A DNA stretch of 64,000 bases from Cycas panzhihuaensis (GCA_023213395.1 CM041465.1:147505741-147569740); one strand, 5' to 3'; positions 1 through 13,097 are shown, counted from the first letter of the stretch. Made by a program: numbers and translations. The notes: a model not told the origin generated them from the letters alone.

Positions 1-840
1 ATGGATACGAAGCTAAAGATGAGCACGACTTTTCATCCTCAAACAGACGGCCATACTGAAGTTGTCAACAGGACATTGGTACAGTTGTTACGAGGATACA
101 ATGCCAAGCATCCTAAGACTTGGGATGAAAGTCTCCCATACCTGCAATTTGCATTTAATAGAGCTATCCATAGCTCAACCCAAAAATCACCATTTGAGGT
201 ATGTTTGAGATTTCTGTCTGCAAGTCCTTTCAATCTAGAATTCTCTGCTCAACTTTCTACAGGAAATGGAAAGGAGGAAGAAGGAGATGAAAAGGCACAA
301 AGATTCTTGGAAAGAATCAGAAAAATCCATCAACAGGTTGAAGAGCAGCTTCAAAAATCTCAACAGAGATACAAACAGCGACATGATGCACATAGAACCA
401 GCCATTCCTTTAAGGAAGGAGATAGAGTTTGGTTGCACCTCAGTAAGAAAAGATTGCAAGGTGAAGACAAAAAGCTAAAGCCTTTACGATATGGTCCTTT
501 TACAATCCTGAAGAAAATTGGGGAAAACGCTTTCCAGCTTGAACTTCCAGAATTCATGAAGATGTATTCCATAGTGAATGTTGAGAATCTGAAGATGTTC
601 GAGCCATCCATGTTGGATGAAGATGAAGACGGAGTTCCACTCTTACCAAATCCAGAGGAGTTGCGGATAGAGAAAGAAGAACCAATGCAAAATGATTGCA
701 TTCTTCAAAGGAAGCAGACCCAGACTCGAAGAGGCATAATCGAGTCCTTCAAAATTGCAGAGAAAGGACAAGTACCTAGCAAAGCAAAATGGTACAATAA
801 GGAGATAGGGAAAATCAAATTCTCTCATCTACAACTATAA
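1..840 (+). CDS. Ty3/gypsy pol C-terminus: end of integrase core, GPY/F motif and divergent chromodomain-like tail (5'-truncated by window)
   Basis: Uninterrupted ORF with STTFHPQTDG-TEVVNRTL (integrase core end), KLKPLRYGPF (GPY/F) and tail ILQRKQTQTRRG..KGQVPSKAKW..FSHL; followed by PPT and LTR. Confidence 0.93.
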   Translation: MDTKLKMSTTFHPQTDGHTEVVNRTLVQLLRGYNAKHPKTWDESLPYLQFAFNRAIHSSTQKSPFEVCLRFLSASPFNLEFSAQLSTGNGKEEEGDEKAQRFLERIRKIHQQVEEQLQKSQQRYKQRHDAHRTSHSFKEGDRVWLHLSKKRLQGEDKKLKPLRYGPFTILKKIGENAFQLELPEFMKMYSIVNVENLKMFEPSMLDEDEDGVPLLPNPEELRIEKEEPMQNDCILQRKQTQTRRGIIESFKIAEKGQVPSKAKWYNKEIGKIKFSHLQL

Positions 841-1047
841 AGTTCATGAGGCCATGAACTTCTAAAAAAGGGGAGTTCTGATTCGTTTTCGGATCTTTAA
901 ATACTCTTAAAATACTTTGCTTTTCATGTAAATGGTCTTTATGTATTAGAAAATTGCCTTAAAAAGGCTTAATGGTCTTCATTTAGTAGAAATATGCCTT
1001 TAAAAGGCTAAAAAAATGTAAAAAATATATTTCTACAAGTGCAAATA

Positions 1048-1142
1048 GGTGCTATTAAGGTGCTATAACTGCTACCAAGGTGCTACTAAGGTGCTACAAC
1101 TGCTACCAAGGTGCTATACAAGTGCTACGAGCGCTCTGCTAC
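1048..1142 (+). repeat. Short tandem array (AAGGTGCTAC / ACTGCTACC units, ~31-bp higher-order period) in the LTR of element A
   Basis: ggtgctattaaggtgctataactgctaccaa ggtgctactaaggtgctacaactgctaccaa ggtgctata is seen directly. Confidence 0.85.
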
Positions 1143-2022
1143 AAGACAGCTGCGTCAACTACTCTGCGGCCAGCTAAGAATCGTGTCAAGCCACACAAGC
1201 TGCGGCAAAGAATCGCTACCTAAAAGTAAAAAAATGGAAAAATAAGAAAAACGGAAATGATTTTGGCAGCGCAAACGGGATCCGTTTGGCACGAAATTTG
1301 AGGAGAGAGCATGCACACATGTCCTCTACACATTTAAAGAGGAAAAACTCCAAATTAAAAGGATTTTTCCAAGATTTCACAAGCCGTTTTGGAATCCGTT
1401 GGAAAACGGAAAAACGGAAATAACTCTTGCAAATGAAAACGCTTTTAAGCGAAATTTTGGAGAGGAACAAAAGGGATATCGACAGAGATTTTTATCAGGA
1501 AAATGAGGATGCCGCAGCCCTAGACGTAGCACGGAGTAAGATTCGAGGAAAGCTTCGAGAAAATCGTTTTTTCGGAAAGAGAACGGCTCCAGAAAGTGAA
1601 AGTCTGCGTTGGGAGAGAAGAAGACAGAAATGTAGCGGAAAAAACCTGTTGCGGGGATCTTGAAGGAGCCGGAAGATCGTAGTTGCAGCTGAGTGGAGAA
1701 GATGGTTGCAGTCGAGAAAGAGACGCTAGCCAGTTTTTTTTTCTTCACCAAAAAGGGGTTTTTGGTAATAAATGACCAAAAACGTTTTGCAGACTTCGAG
1801 ACAGAGGTTTCAGTGAGCAGTAGCGACTCAAGGAGCGCCCAAAGACTCAATTTCTCTCTCCCAAAACGTCAGAGTCCCTTGCATGCTCAATAGAGCACAA
1901 ACAAAAGGAGTTTTGTAAGAAAATTCCAAATATTTTCAATTCTATGTAATAATAATGTAAATTGTTCTGGATTTTGTTTCAATTGGTTAAAGTCTTCACT
2001 TTCCCATTCAAGATTCAGATCA

Positions 2023-4440
2023 ATATATAGTACATATCACCACTTGGTTGTCCAATCACATTTCAAGAGCCACTTAGCCAACCAATTACTAATTACAATG
2101 AAGAAGTATGCATGCTATGACCCCTTAGTGGACATTAAAGGGATAACTACATTGATTACATCAATTAAATATTCATATGGGTTAACATTACCCAACATTC
2201 CCCCTTTAATGCTAAACTATGCCACCTAACTGCTTCAAATCTTGATGTTGAGTCCATATAAAAGTCAAACATCTACTGGAGTACATGGGTAACCAGTTGT
2301 TGTACCCACCAGTCCTCTAGAATGACATTCTCGAACATTGTTCACCAACATTTGTTTCTTAAGCAGCCTTTGCCTACCCCCATTTTACCTGTTTTTGGCT
2401 CTTTTGCACCCTGAGGAGACAAAGCTGGTTGAAAAACCTTAGCCCTATCCACTACATTGTGAAACAAACATGCAAAAATGGTTATTCGAGTAGAACCATG
2501 TGACAAAACACCTTTTTTTTAATCTTAGGATCCATTTTAACACCTTGTCAACTTAATGTTTGAACTTCACACCATTAAAATTACCTTGAAAATTTCTCAA
2601 AACATATTGTACGACTACTTTGCAACACAACTGATGACACTTAATCCCAATGTCGTATCAGGGAATTATGGCCATTTCCATAAGCAGATGTAGACTTTTA
2701 ATGAAAAAACTTTAAAAAATAAAAGAGCACCTTTTTCGAGTTGGCCCTTGGTCGCTTTAAAACATCCCATGCAATCTCCCAAGGGGCTTGCAAACTTCAA
2801 ACACATCTTAAAAACATATTAATACAACTTAATAAAGTTTTAAAACTTTGGATTAAGAGAAATCAAATGCCAATGGGTCGTTTGACGTGCGCACGACTTG
2901 TGCACATTTGTGGGTGATCTGATGGCTTGTACACTATGATCATTAGCTAAATCATAGTATGGAACACCTCTTTAGAGTAAAACGAACCTTATGATCGCAA
3001 TGACAGCATCAATTTTGCCTAGAACTCACTCACGGTGGAGAAAACATCAATGGAAAGCGCCCAATTTTCCTCATTTCCCTTGAAGTCTACTATGAAGGTG
3101 CCCAATGCAAAACAGAGCCACCCAACCATAGATAATCTGATCAATGCTCCATGTAGGACTACCAAAAACTACTAGTAGCTATCCTTTGTCACAAATAGTC
3201 TTAAAAAATTTATTAATATGTAGTTTTAGTCTATTGGGAGGAGTCCAACCTTGCAACATAGTGCCCAACCTTAGAACAAAGTTGCTAAGAGACAAATTTT
3301 CATCATATCTGCCTTCTATCACTTAATTCTAGCATTCAATGCTCAAGCACAAGGGTTTTCTCAAAAGTTTTTATGCTAGCACCACTTTTGAAACCCTTCA
3401 AACCCTCTTTTCTGCTTTAGATCAGAAACGAAGAGGATACTTCTTATTGCACATACACAGCTAGCCAACCATTCCCTTTCATATACAGGTTTTCAATGTA
3501 TCAACAAGCTCCACACCAAGCCTCAAACTTGCTAGTTATCTTCACATGGGCCAACGAACTATCCGTTGCTCTCAACATGCTACAAAACCCTCTTCAACTA
3601 TAGTACCACTTCATGATAGAGGCTAAAATCATGGCCAATCTGCCAAAACACTGGCTTCACAAGGTGATTATAGGCATGTATTTGAAGCCTTGCTCTGGGA
3701 CTCATGTGCAACACCTACATGTATAATGAGAAAACATGCAAAATAACTAGTCCAAAAATGAATAAAACATGTGGCAAACCTTTGTGGGATTCGATATAAG
3801 CACAACACCTATGCTGCTAGCTAGATTTATACTACATAAGCACCAAATAATTACAGTTCAAAACCATCCACAATTTGCAGTAGCACTTCACCTTCCAAAT
3901 AAATAGGTTATCCCCCTTATGGGTCACAAATAGGTATACTTAAAATAAGCCCTTGATAGGTGGACACACTCATAGTCTTATAGCCTAACTAGGGTCAAAA
4001 GTGGCTTGAACCTAGAGCTCTAATAGGATCACTACAAAATTAAAACCCTAGTTCTGATACCAATTGAAAGAAAATAGGCAAGCAAAACATGCTCTTATAC
4101 CACTTGTAAGAAACTAAATGTCCTTACACAGGTCCAAGATCTAATAAGACTATGAAATAAAGATATATAGGTGAATAATAAATGAAGGAATATATACAAA
4201 TACATAATACAATATACTTGTGGGAAGTGACCACTTTCAATTGTATTATGGCAAACCAATACATATATATAGTACATATCACCACTTGCTTGTCCAATCA
4301 CATTCCAGGAGCCACTTAGTCAACCGATGACTAATTACAATGAAGAAGTGTGCACACTATGATCCCCTAATGCATATTAAAGGGATAACTACATTGATTT
4401 ACATCAATTAAATATTCACATGGGTTAACATTACCCAACA
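2023..4440 (-). mobile_element. Element B: non-autonomous LTR retroelement (5' LTR 4065-4440, PBS 4051-4062, PPT 2198-2208, interrupted 3' LTR 2023-2197); no gag/pol recognised
   Basis: 2023-2197 aligns to ~4265-4440. Minus-strand termini are TGTTG...TTTCA. GTTCTGATACCA is the reverse complement of the Met-tRNA PBS. TTCCCCCTTTA is the reverse complement of a PPT. Confidence 0.88.
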
Positions 4441-4449
4441 ACAGTTTGT

Positions 4450-4916
4450 TGTAGACGTGAGTTTGTTGAAGAAGGGTCTTAGGTGTCCTCATATTGTTTG
4501 AAAAAATAGGTGTAGAATGAATTTCATGTGAGTGCATTTGGATTTTCTAATTTCCACCAGCAAAACTAATGATGTCCTTTGCCTTCTAGATAGATGGAAG
4601 TAAAGGTGAGCTTATCGGTGTGAGTCATAGGGTTAAGGTCAAAATATGACCCAAGTTTGTGGATCCAATTGTGGGTAGAGTCGTGATTTAACTTTAGAGC
4701 AAAAGTTGGGATGTTGATTTTGAGGTCTTGTTGTTGTTGTTGTTGAAGGGGTGGTAGTGGTGGAGGAGAGGTGCCAATGGAAGTAGATGTGGAGGGCATA
4801 CTGAAAATATGGGTGAAAAGATTCTTGACCTCATCAAATAGCTTAGTGATGTTGTTTAGGGAGCTGTATTAGGTCTCCAGGGTTGAGATCTAGTCCACTT
4901 GGGTAGGAGGAGCCAT
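4450..4916 (-). pseudogene. Ty3/gypsy gag remnant
   Basis: Translation KINIPTF...NWIHKLGSYFDLNPM..DKLTFTSIYLEGK fits the retrotransposon gag pattern IPxF..WI..LE.YF....KL....LEG. Confidence 0.7.
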
Positions 4917-5791
4917 TGAACAAAAGAAATAATGAGTTTAAAGAATTGGGCTAAGAGAAAGGGGATTGGAGAAGAAGAAGGGGATTAGAAAAAAAGGGGA
5001 CTAGATAAGATTGAACATAATTAAAGAGTCGGGGAAAGATGTAGAGGGGGGGGGGGGGTTCTATAACCTGTTGGCCCCCTGATTACAAAGGAACCTTTGT
5101 GGGGTGTCTTTAGACTATTTTTCCCAAGACTTCTATAAGAAATATCCTTAGTCCACTAAGACAAATATGATCTCTTCATCAAGATGATGTAAGTGAAAAT
5201 ACGCACTAAAATTGGTTGTGGGGCTCATAGGGTGCCTATACATCAATTTTCCCTCAAGCATAGGTTAAAATTGACTTAGTGCAAAATGATAGGCACGATT
5301 CCGCTGTTACAATGAGATAGGTGAAAATAAGGGCAAAAATATTTTTTGTGGACTTTTTTGTTCTTTTTTATGTATAGTCTATTGGAAAGGGTTTAGACTG
5401 CATAAAATAGATATTTATTGAACTAAGCTTGTAAACAACAATTTTGCTTAGGTGCTTGTTGCAGAATAAAAAACAGAGCACATACCACCAATACTAAATA
5501 GGATTTGATGTTGAGATTTTAGACTGAACTTAGGGTTTTCCTAATCTGTAGTCTATTTGAAATATTTTTCAGTCGATAATAACGAACCAACACACTATCT
5601 TATGGCTTTAACTACAGAGGGTTATTGTACTTATAGCTGTAGTTTCCATCTCTGAAGTGTATGTAGAGAGTGTTGTTGTTGTTAGACCTTTATGTTTAAA
5701 TATTAAGTCACGTACTTTATATACTTTATATAAGGGTACTTTACCACCAAATGTGATAAAGTACACACCCACATTCTTTCTAGTGACACAA

Positions 5792-8700
5792 TGTTGTGAT
5801 CTGAGGATCAATGTATTCCTCGTGCACTTTTGCACATGTGAATGTACATGGGTTAAGGCATGCATGTTTGACAAGTGTCAAACATGTAGCCCCCTAAGGT
5901 CCTGCTCCTCCTCTATATATTAGGACCATTATTCATGTAGAGCATGATGAGTGTGAGGTATTGTATTGTTATTCTGCTCATTTGAATATAAGCTAATCTT
6001 GTTATTTGGAGATAGGAATAGTTCCTACTATTCCACTTCTTTTATCTTTATATGCTTGAGTTATGCTTGCTTAGTTACTTGTCCTTCTAGTGCTATTGAT
6101 GTGATGCTAATCATCTCAATCTCTTAGCACACTCCCTCTCCAAGAGATCCTAGGTTGTCTTTGTGGTATTGGAGCACATACCACCAACATTTGGTATCAA
6201 AGCAAATTGGAGAAGAGTATTTGTTGTTTGCAAGCTGGAGGAAGGGCACCAAACCCTTGGTGATGACCTTCGCTCTCCGAAGGTAATCCAAAACCAAGTT
6301 TGGCTTTATTTTTTGTTTTTTTGTTTTTATCATCTCAAAGTGTTTGCAGGCTGAAAATTAACAAATTTAATTTCTAGGAATTTTTTCTAGGGCTAATTTC
6401 GTATGTGCAACAATGAAAATACATAAAAATCATTATTTTTCATCTTTTTTTTTGAAATAAAAATTATTTTGCAAGGTTTTCTTAGTGAATCTGTAGGTTC
6501 TCAGCCTAGTTCACCCTCAACTAGCATCAAACTTGGTGCACCTATCATTCTTAGCTTGTATCCACACTCGAGTAACTCCACACTAAGCTAGGGCAAATTT
6601 TCCACAGTTTTGGGTGAATTTACAAAAGGAACATAGTTGTTTTTCATTTGTCTCACTTGTTGGCTATGTTTTGAAGCTATCCAAAGGTGGTACTACCCTA
6701 GTCGCAGATCTGGAGTGGTAAGAGTCACTCCCAGAGTCCGTTTCTCCTACGGCTATCCGTTTGTTCCTTCCACAGCCTATGCACCCAACGCAACCTTCAT
6801 TTGGTTCAATCTCTCTCTCTAATGCACCAAATGCAACAAAATCAAAGCCGAATCTTTGTTGGCCCTTGATAGAGCCACATCTGAAATCTTGTTGGGATCT
6901 GCACTTTCATTGAGGAGAAACAAACACCTATGTGGTTTGATTTGCGTCTGTCGTCACCCAATTGGATTTTTCAAATCAAAAAATCATTTGACTTTATAAA
7001 ACATACTTTAGGTTATAAAAAGTTGAATATACTTAGAATATTCTCTTTTCGATTAAATTTTATAAACTAAATTTTATCTTTATAAGTGATTTTAATCATA
7101 TTTCATTATTTTCTAAACGAAAATTCACCTTTTTTTAATTTTTTGAGTTTATTAATAGTTAAAAAAATGCAAGTGTGTTCTTTGACTCCAAAATTAGTGA
7201 TTTGACTTGTTTTTGTACTTTTTCATAAAAAAATGACATTGTACAAGTGTGTTTAAGGCTTCCTACGAGGTGTCCTCTTAATCCTAGTCATCAAAAAGGG
7301 CTAAAAATCACTTATTTTAATATAAAAAATCACTTTTTTTGGTGTGTGTTAGGACTATTTTAAAGTCCTAACATCTTCTTGGTGGCATGTGTATTTAGCA
7401 CAAGTGATTAAATTGTATTCTAAGTGGTTGTTTTTGCACCTAAAGAAGGAACCTACTTCAAGCACTATATGCAAGCAACATCTTCTCACTTGGCCTACAT
7501 GATAATTCACCATGATTTTGTCCATGGAATTTTATTTTGGGCTTGCAAGAGAGTCGACGTGTCTTATGTGGTTTATATAACCTTGGTTATTGGCCTAGGC
7601 ATACTATGCATGTAACTATACAACCTATATTAATGGCTTGGGCATGCTCTGTGTGTAACTATAAGGGTTGTATTAATGATTGGCATACTTTGTGTGGATT
7701 ATAAGGCCTATCATTGGTACCCCAAGTTCAAAGAAAACCAAGCCCATGTATGTGATAGATGGTTATCCACTAAGGTAATGATTTGTGTCCTATCCTTGAT
7801 CACCACCACCTAAAGATGCATATCACCAATGTTTCTAGGATGAATTACAAGTCTCAAGGATGACTCCATTATGAGACCAATCTAGGGAGGATGATTACTA
7901 TGTGAGGTTAATCCCCTGCCTAAAAATTAGGCCTCCACAACATTTTCATGTTGACATGGTAGGACATGTTGCCTAGTGTATTGGAGGATTGCAAAGGGAG
8001 GTATTGGTGACATGAGGGGGTGGCCACTCTTTCTAGTGATGGACAATTGGGGGCAATGTGTATAAAAATGATCGAGTGGGTTATGGCTGCCATGGTTGTA
8101 TCTTTTCATACCCACAACTTCAACGTGGAACATTCTCCTCTTCTTTTCTATATGTTTATGTATGTGTGGATGTGTTTGTGATATAAATAATTTGTGTAAT
8201 AATAAAATTAATGAACACTAAGAAAAACTCCTAATATCATCCCTATCATGTTGTGTTAGCAGGCTAAACATGGAGGATTTCATGATAGTGGTATTAAATC
8301 TGAAGGGATTCCAAAGGAGTTAGAAGGACCTATGATGGAAAATCCACCCAAATTACAACTAAAATCCTAGTTCTAACAAGTTGGCCTAGAATGAGTTGAA
8401 ACCCCCTAATAGGATGGTGTAATGCATTGGAAGCCCAGTAGCAATTTTTGAAAAAAATTAAGGAGATAGTTGATAAAGTGGAGGTTAAACTCTAGGAATC
8501 AGATCAATTTAACTAGGAAACTGGAGAGTTAATGGGAACTTTGAAGAACTAGAAGGACCAAAGCATGATGAATGAAACCCAAAAGGGGACACTGAGAAAA
8601 TCCTACAAGAGCCAAAAGGGAAAGTGAAAGAAGGCGAGGAATCAAAAAATGTGGGTGTACCATTTGTGGGGAAGAATGAAAATAAGGAAAGAACAAAGGC

Positions 8701-9480
8701 AAATCCTCTACTAACTCTACCATTGACTGCTCACTGAAATGAAAGGGGGATAAGGAAGAATGGGATAGGTTATAAAATACTGAACAACTTAAGAGAGTGA
8801 AGATTCCAAATTTCCATAAAAAAGGAATTAGAGCGGATTTTAAGTTTTGGATAAGGTCTATAGAAAATTTTTTCACAACTTTTGAAATTGGCCAAAGAAA
8901 TAAGATCACTTTAGTGCAATTTGCTCTAAAGGGAAAAACACAAGTTTGGTGGTATGAGATACAAAATGAAGTCAAGGAAGAATAGAGAGGACCTATTGAT
9001 GGATTAGACAAGATCAAGGAGATGATGACATAACAATTTGCACCTTCTAATGATAGAGATGAAACTTTGAACTAAGTGGCCTTGGTTAAACATATTGGAA
9101 CCATTTTGGAATTTAGTAAAAAAAAAAGGAGAATTTTTTCTCTCATATATTAGAAATTCTAGTGAGTCATTGATTACATTATTTTATCCAATGCCTTAGA
9201 TATTCCATCAAAAGTACAGTGGCATTTTCAGAACCAACCACTATAGAGGAGGTAGTTCATTGAGCCTTGAGGGCTAAAAGTATTGAGGTGAATCAAGTGC
9301 TTGATCATTTTAGGGGAAGCCTTTTTAGGGAAAGAAATTCTTCCCACAATAGAAAAAGAAAGATATTCTTTAAGCCATTGTATAAGAAAACCTTTAGAAA
9401 GAAGAATTTTTAGAAGAAAACTTTTAATCTAAACACTAATCTCCAACAAAGGGATAAGACATGCTACATTTACATAGCAA
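5792..9480 (+). mobile_element. Decayed gypsy-type element: 5' LTR ~5792-6189, PBS 6192-6203, long leader, gag relic ~8270-9470; 3' part missing
   Basis: TGTTG...CAACA is followed by TGGTATCAAAGC. ORF 8797-8985 (KIPNF..FWIRSIENFF..KITLVQFALKGKTQVWW) is gag-like. Confidence 0.7.
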
Positions 9481-9499
9481 CAATGGTAGACAGGGTGGT

Positions 9500-10447
9500 C
9501 ATAATCTCCCATAGCATGGTTTGTACATTTTCTTGTGGTAGAAATCAGATTTACTAGGCATTTGATCTGAGTTTGTCTCTTTCATTCTTCATTCTCTACA
9601 TGTTCTTTGTCAATAGGATTACATTCTTCATCATCTAGCATTGGCCCAGATCTTCTCAGACATTTGTTGACTTGGTGTGAGACATAACGTCATCCTCGTG
9701 GCAAGATGTTCTTTCTATGTTTACCACTTAAGCTTGACGTATTTACTAGGGCGGTTTTTGCATTCCACTGCTCCAAGCATCTTTGGCCATTCATCGAGGT
9801 GTTAATCTTCTTCACATTTCCCCTCTTGTTTAGCATTTTCCTTATGTGGTTGTGACGCTTCGACCTTTGTGACTAGGGCACTATCTTCATGTTCACACAA
9901 TTGTCCTCATGTGGCTAGGGCATCTCATGATGCTTTCACTATTTGCTATATGGACTCAACTTCTGCATTTATAATTTGATATTAGTTTTGAATCCAAAAT
10001 GTCCTTTGAATAGCCAATCGCCTTTGTCTAAATCAAAAAGTTAGGGCATAAAATTCTAAGGGCCTTTTGCAAAGGCTCTTGTTTAAGAGTGGTTGTCTTA
10101 CAATTAGATGGCCTAATCACAAGCTTTGATACCACTAATATGTAACCAAGGGCAATTGCAGACTTAGAGAATGTTGCCCATTGAACAAGGATTGTCAAAG
10201 AGGTGATAGAATGAATTCTCTTCTATTATCTCCAAGCATTGACTTACAATCATGTTATATACACACTCTGATGCTTGTATAATAAGGTACCTCTCATTTA
10301 ACCACTTGAAAATCTACCTGACTAACTAAATTAGCTTTACTAATTAACTCCTAACTATCTAACTAACTAACAAAGTAATTAATTGACTAACATTCTAACT
10401 TAAATGCACTTTACACATAAGTACAATAATTTACACATAATATTACA
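9500..10447 (-). mobile_element. Truncated LTR element: LTR ~10141-10447, PBS 10123-10134, leader to its left
   Basis: TGTAA...TTACA termini, CTAA-rich LTR body, and GCTTTGATACCA (reverse-complement PBS). No partner LTR was found in the window. Confidence 0.55.
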
Positions 10448-10465
10448 TAGTGTCAAAACATATAG

Positions 10466-11535
10466 ATGAATAATACTCATCATTTGTATAGGCAACTAGT
10501 AGGTAGTCTTATCTACTTTACTAACATTGGGCTTGATATTAGTTATGTTGTTAGTGTTGTAGCCCAATTTATGAGTGCTCCATCCATTTCTTATTGGAAG
10601 GCAACAAAGCATATATTGAGGTATGTTAAGGGTACTGTCATATTTGGACTCTTGTTTTCTAGAGCTGATGAGTTCAAATTGCATGGCTATACAAACTTAG
10701 ATTGGGTAGGAGATGTTGATGGTAGGAAATCTACATTAGGATATGTGTTTACATCTAGTTCTGGTATGGTTTCTTAGTGTAACAAGAAGCAAGCGACAAT
10801 CTCTTTGCCTTCCATATACGCAAAGTACAATGTAACAATTGCAACTACTTGTGAAACAATCTGGCTAAGGAGGCTACTTGGTCACTTTGAACTTTTGTAG
10901 GATAATCCTACACTACTATGTTATGACAATCAGGGTGTAATCCAACTTTCAAAGAATTCAATCTTCGATGCTAGGACAAAGCATATGCAAGTTCATCATC
11001 GCTTTATTCTAGAGGAGGTGTAGTGCAGAGCAATTGAGTTGGTCTATTGTCTAACTCAGGATCAAGTTGTTGACATTCTCGCTAAGTCATTGAGTTATGA
11101 GAAATTTGAGAAGTTTAGAAAGCTCTTATTTGTGAGAGATAATGAATTGCACATTATGAGTTGGTGTTAAAAGCAATGTCTAATTCTTACTCTTTTTTTT
11201 TTTTTTCAAGTTAACTGATGAGCCACATTAGGTAGGTTCTCTTGAGAGTTGTACTTCTATATTTGTTCTCCCACATGTAAGAGCATGCATGAGTTGTACC
11301 TTGATGTTTCCTTACTTTATTGCTTTATTCTTTTGCTCACACTCTCATTATTAATGAGGAGTGATCTTACTCTCATCAATTCAATGAAGTGATTGATTGA
11401 TGCAAAACGAATAGACTGAGAGCTTATTGTATTCATTTGTGATCTAATGTAAGATTATTTCTTGTAAATCATTGTGTAATTGTAATCTTATCTTGCTCTT
11501 ATTTACTTGTTGCTTTTTCACTCATATTTCTAACA
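10466..11535 (+). mobile_element. 3' part of copia element C (RT C-terminus/RNase H relic ~10466-11150, 3' LTR 11165-11535), inverted relative to the rest of C
   Basis: YRQLVGSLIY, WKATKHILRYVKGT, GYTNLDWVGDVDGRKSTLGY motifs. The LTR is the reverse complement of 32307-32594 plus 37875-37953, and is followed by TAGAT. Confidence 0.9.
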
Positions 11536-12473
11536 TAGATTTCTAGCCTTGTCCTACAACCTATACACTTATTGATATCAAGATTGTGCCACCTAGCATA
11601 AACAGACACTTATGTAACTGTTAGGCAAAATGGCACTTTGCCATCCCAAGAAAAATGGGTCTCCCAAGCAACATTGGATTATGATTTTCCACATCTTCAA
11701 GAAACCTCAAATTTGAGAAATTTTCTTTTCGACGAAGGAGAAAATATGAGCTTCATGATATCAAGTATTGTTCTTCAACACAAAAAATCATACAAAATAA
11801 TTTATTCACAATTGCATTGTATTTGTTGGTTAATCATAGTCATAATGTACTTGTTGTTCAAATCATAACATCCTTTCCATTAGATTGAAGTTGTAATGTT
11901 TGGTCCTAATTATAATTTATTTACTATTTGGTCGCAATTGCTAAGTTTACACTTATTTGTTAAGACCATCTCTAAACTATTTGTAGACAGTTGCTATTAG
12001 AGCCACAACCCACTCCTATAAAACTTGATCACAAGTGAAACAGTGGCATGGAATATAGCACTAGCTATCAACAAATGGTCTAGTGATTATAAGATCAAGA
12101 AGTAGCTGTGAAATTGGTGGGAAGAAAAACATATAAAAATAAGGCTCTTTGGTGTCTTTAGGGTTGCTAGGCTTCTTCAATTTTCTTCCTTTTTTTAAAC
12201 TCTCCTCCAAATTTCTTCAAAAAAAGAGCATGCATAGTAGCCCACATATATAATTTATAATATTATTTGAGACAAAAATAAATTATTTTGGGTTTTCCAA
12301 TCAAGAGAGCACTCCTTTATAAGACCCTCGTGTTTTCTAAAGTGTAGTCCCCGCATTCTATTGGATTTCTTTATTCTTCTATGCAAGTTGTTCTAGGGAT
12401 CCAACATCTCCTAGCTTCAACACCAAGACTAGAGACCGTTCTATGGTAGAGAGAAGACACCTGGCCTCGAACA
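11536..12473 (+). mobile_element. 3' end of old gypsy element G (integrase/chromodomain-like tail, PPT ~11734-11744, 3' LTR ~11745-12473), inverted relative to the rest of G
   Basis: LPSQEKW..DFPHL resembles the tail of ORF 1..840. The LTR aligns, though diverged, to the reverse complement of 39691-40354. Confidence 0.8.
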
Positions 12474-13097
12474 AATTGTCAACAAAAGTGCCCAAATAGA
12501 TGCACCTCCTATTTGTAGCCATGGCCCCCAATTAACTGTACTTTGTTTCTATTGGTCTGCTCCTCTTCTATCTTCCATTCTCGAAGTCTTTTACTATGTT
12601 ACTTTACTCCAAGGAACTTTCAAAGACTCCTCTAAAGGGTTCATATCAAGCTTGCATGGTTTGAACTACTACCTCCTAGTTCTATTGGCTAACGAGGGAG
12701 GAGTTGTTTGCAAAATGGTAATTATCACTACTAACGGCAATGCCCCTAATTAGTCCATGTATGGCATTATATGCAATCAAACCACTTCTTGAGCTACATA
12801 TACTATGTTGCTCCATGGTAGAATGAGTGTGGAAAGGCTAGTCACAAAGTAGGGGGTTGATTATAGACAGGCTTGCTTTAAATTCCAACATCTAGGCAAT
12901 TATGTCTATAATTTGGAGGCAAAGGGACACCAGTGGAAACCCTTGGACTATTTGGGATAGCTTGAAAAAACAAGAGAAAAATAACGGTTCCATTGAGTTG
13001 GCGAATTTGGATGGCATCCCATATCTGGGGCACATAAACTCTATATCCTAAACTCATAAATGGTTATGAGTTAAAAAATTGTCAAAACACTGTTAAA

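Larger units (their letters stand above)
1..2022 (+). mobile_element. Element A: 3' end of a Ty3/gypsy LTR retrotransposon (PPT ~864-875, 3' LTR ~879-2022) inserted into the LTR of element B
   Basis: PPT AAAAAAGGGGAG follows the pol stop. LTR runs TGAT(879)...ATCA(2022). Sequence from 2023 aligns to the middle of the element-B LTR at ~4265. Confidence 0.88.

Noticed and set aside
1216-1893. Several overlapping ORFs of 66-157 aa
   Set aside because: They lie inside the LTR of element A, are compositionally biased and show no recognisable motifs.
12480-12930. Possible LINE ORF1 relic (FYWSAPLLSSI; VDYRQACFKFQHLG)
   Set aside because: Too degenerate to support without a search.
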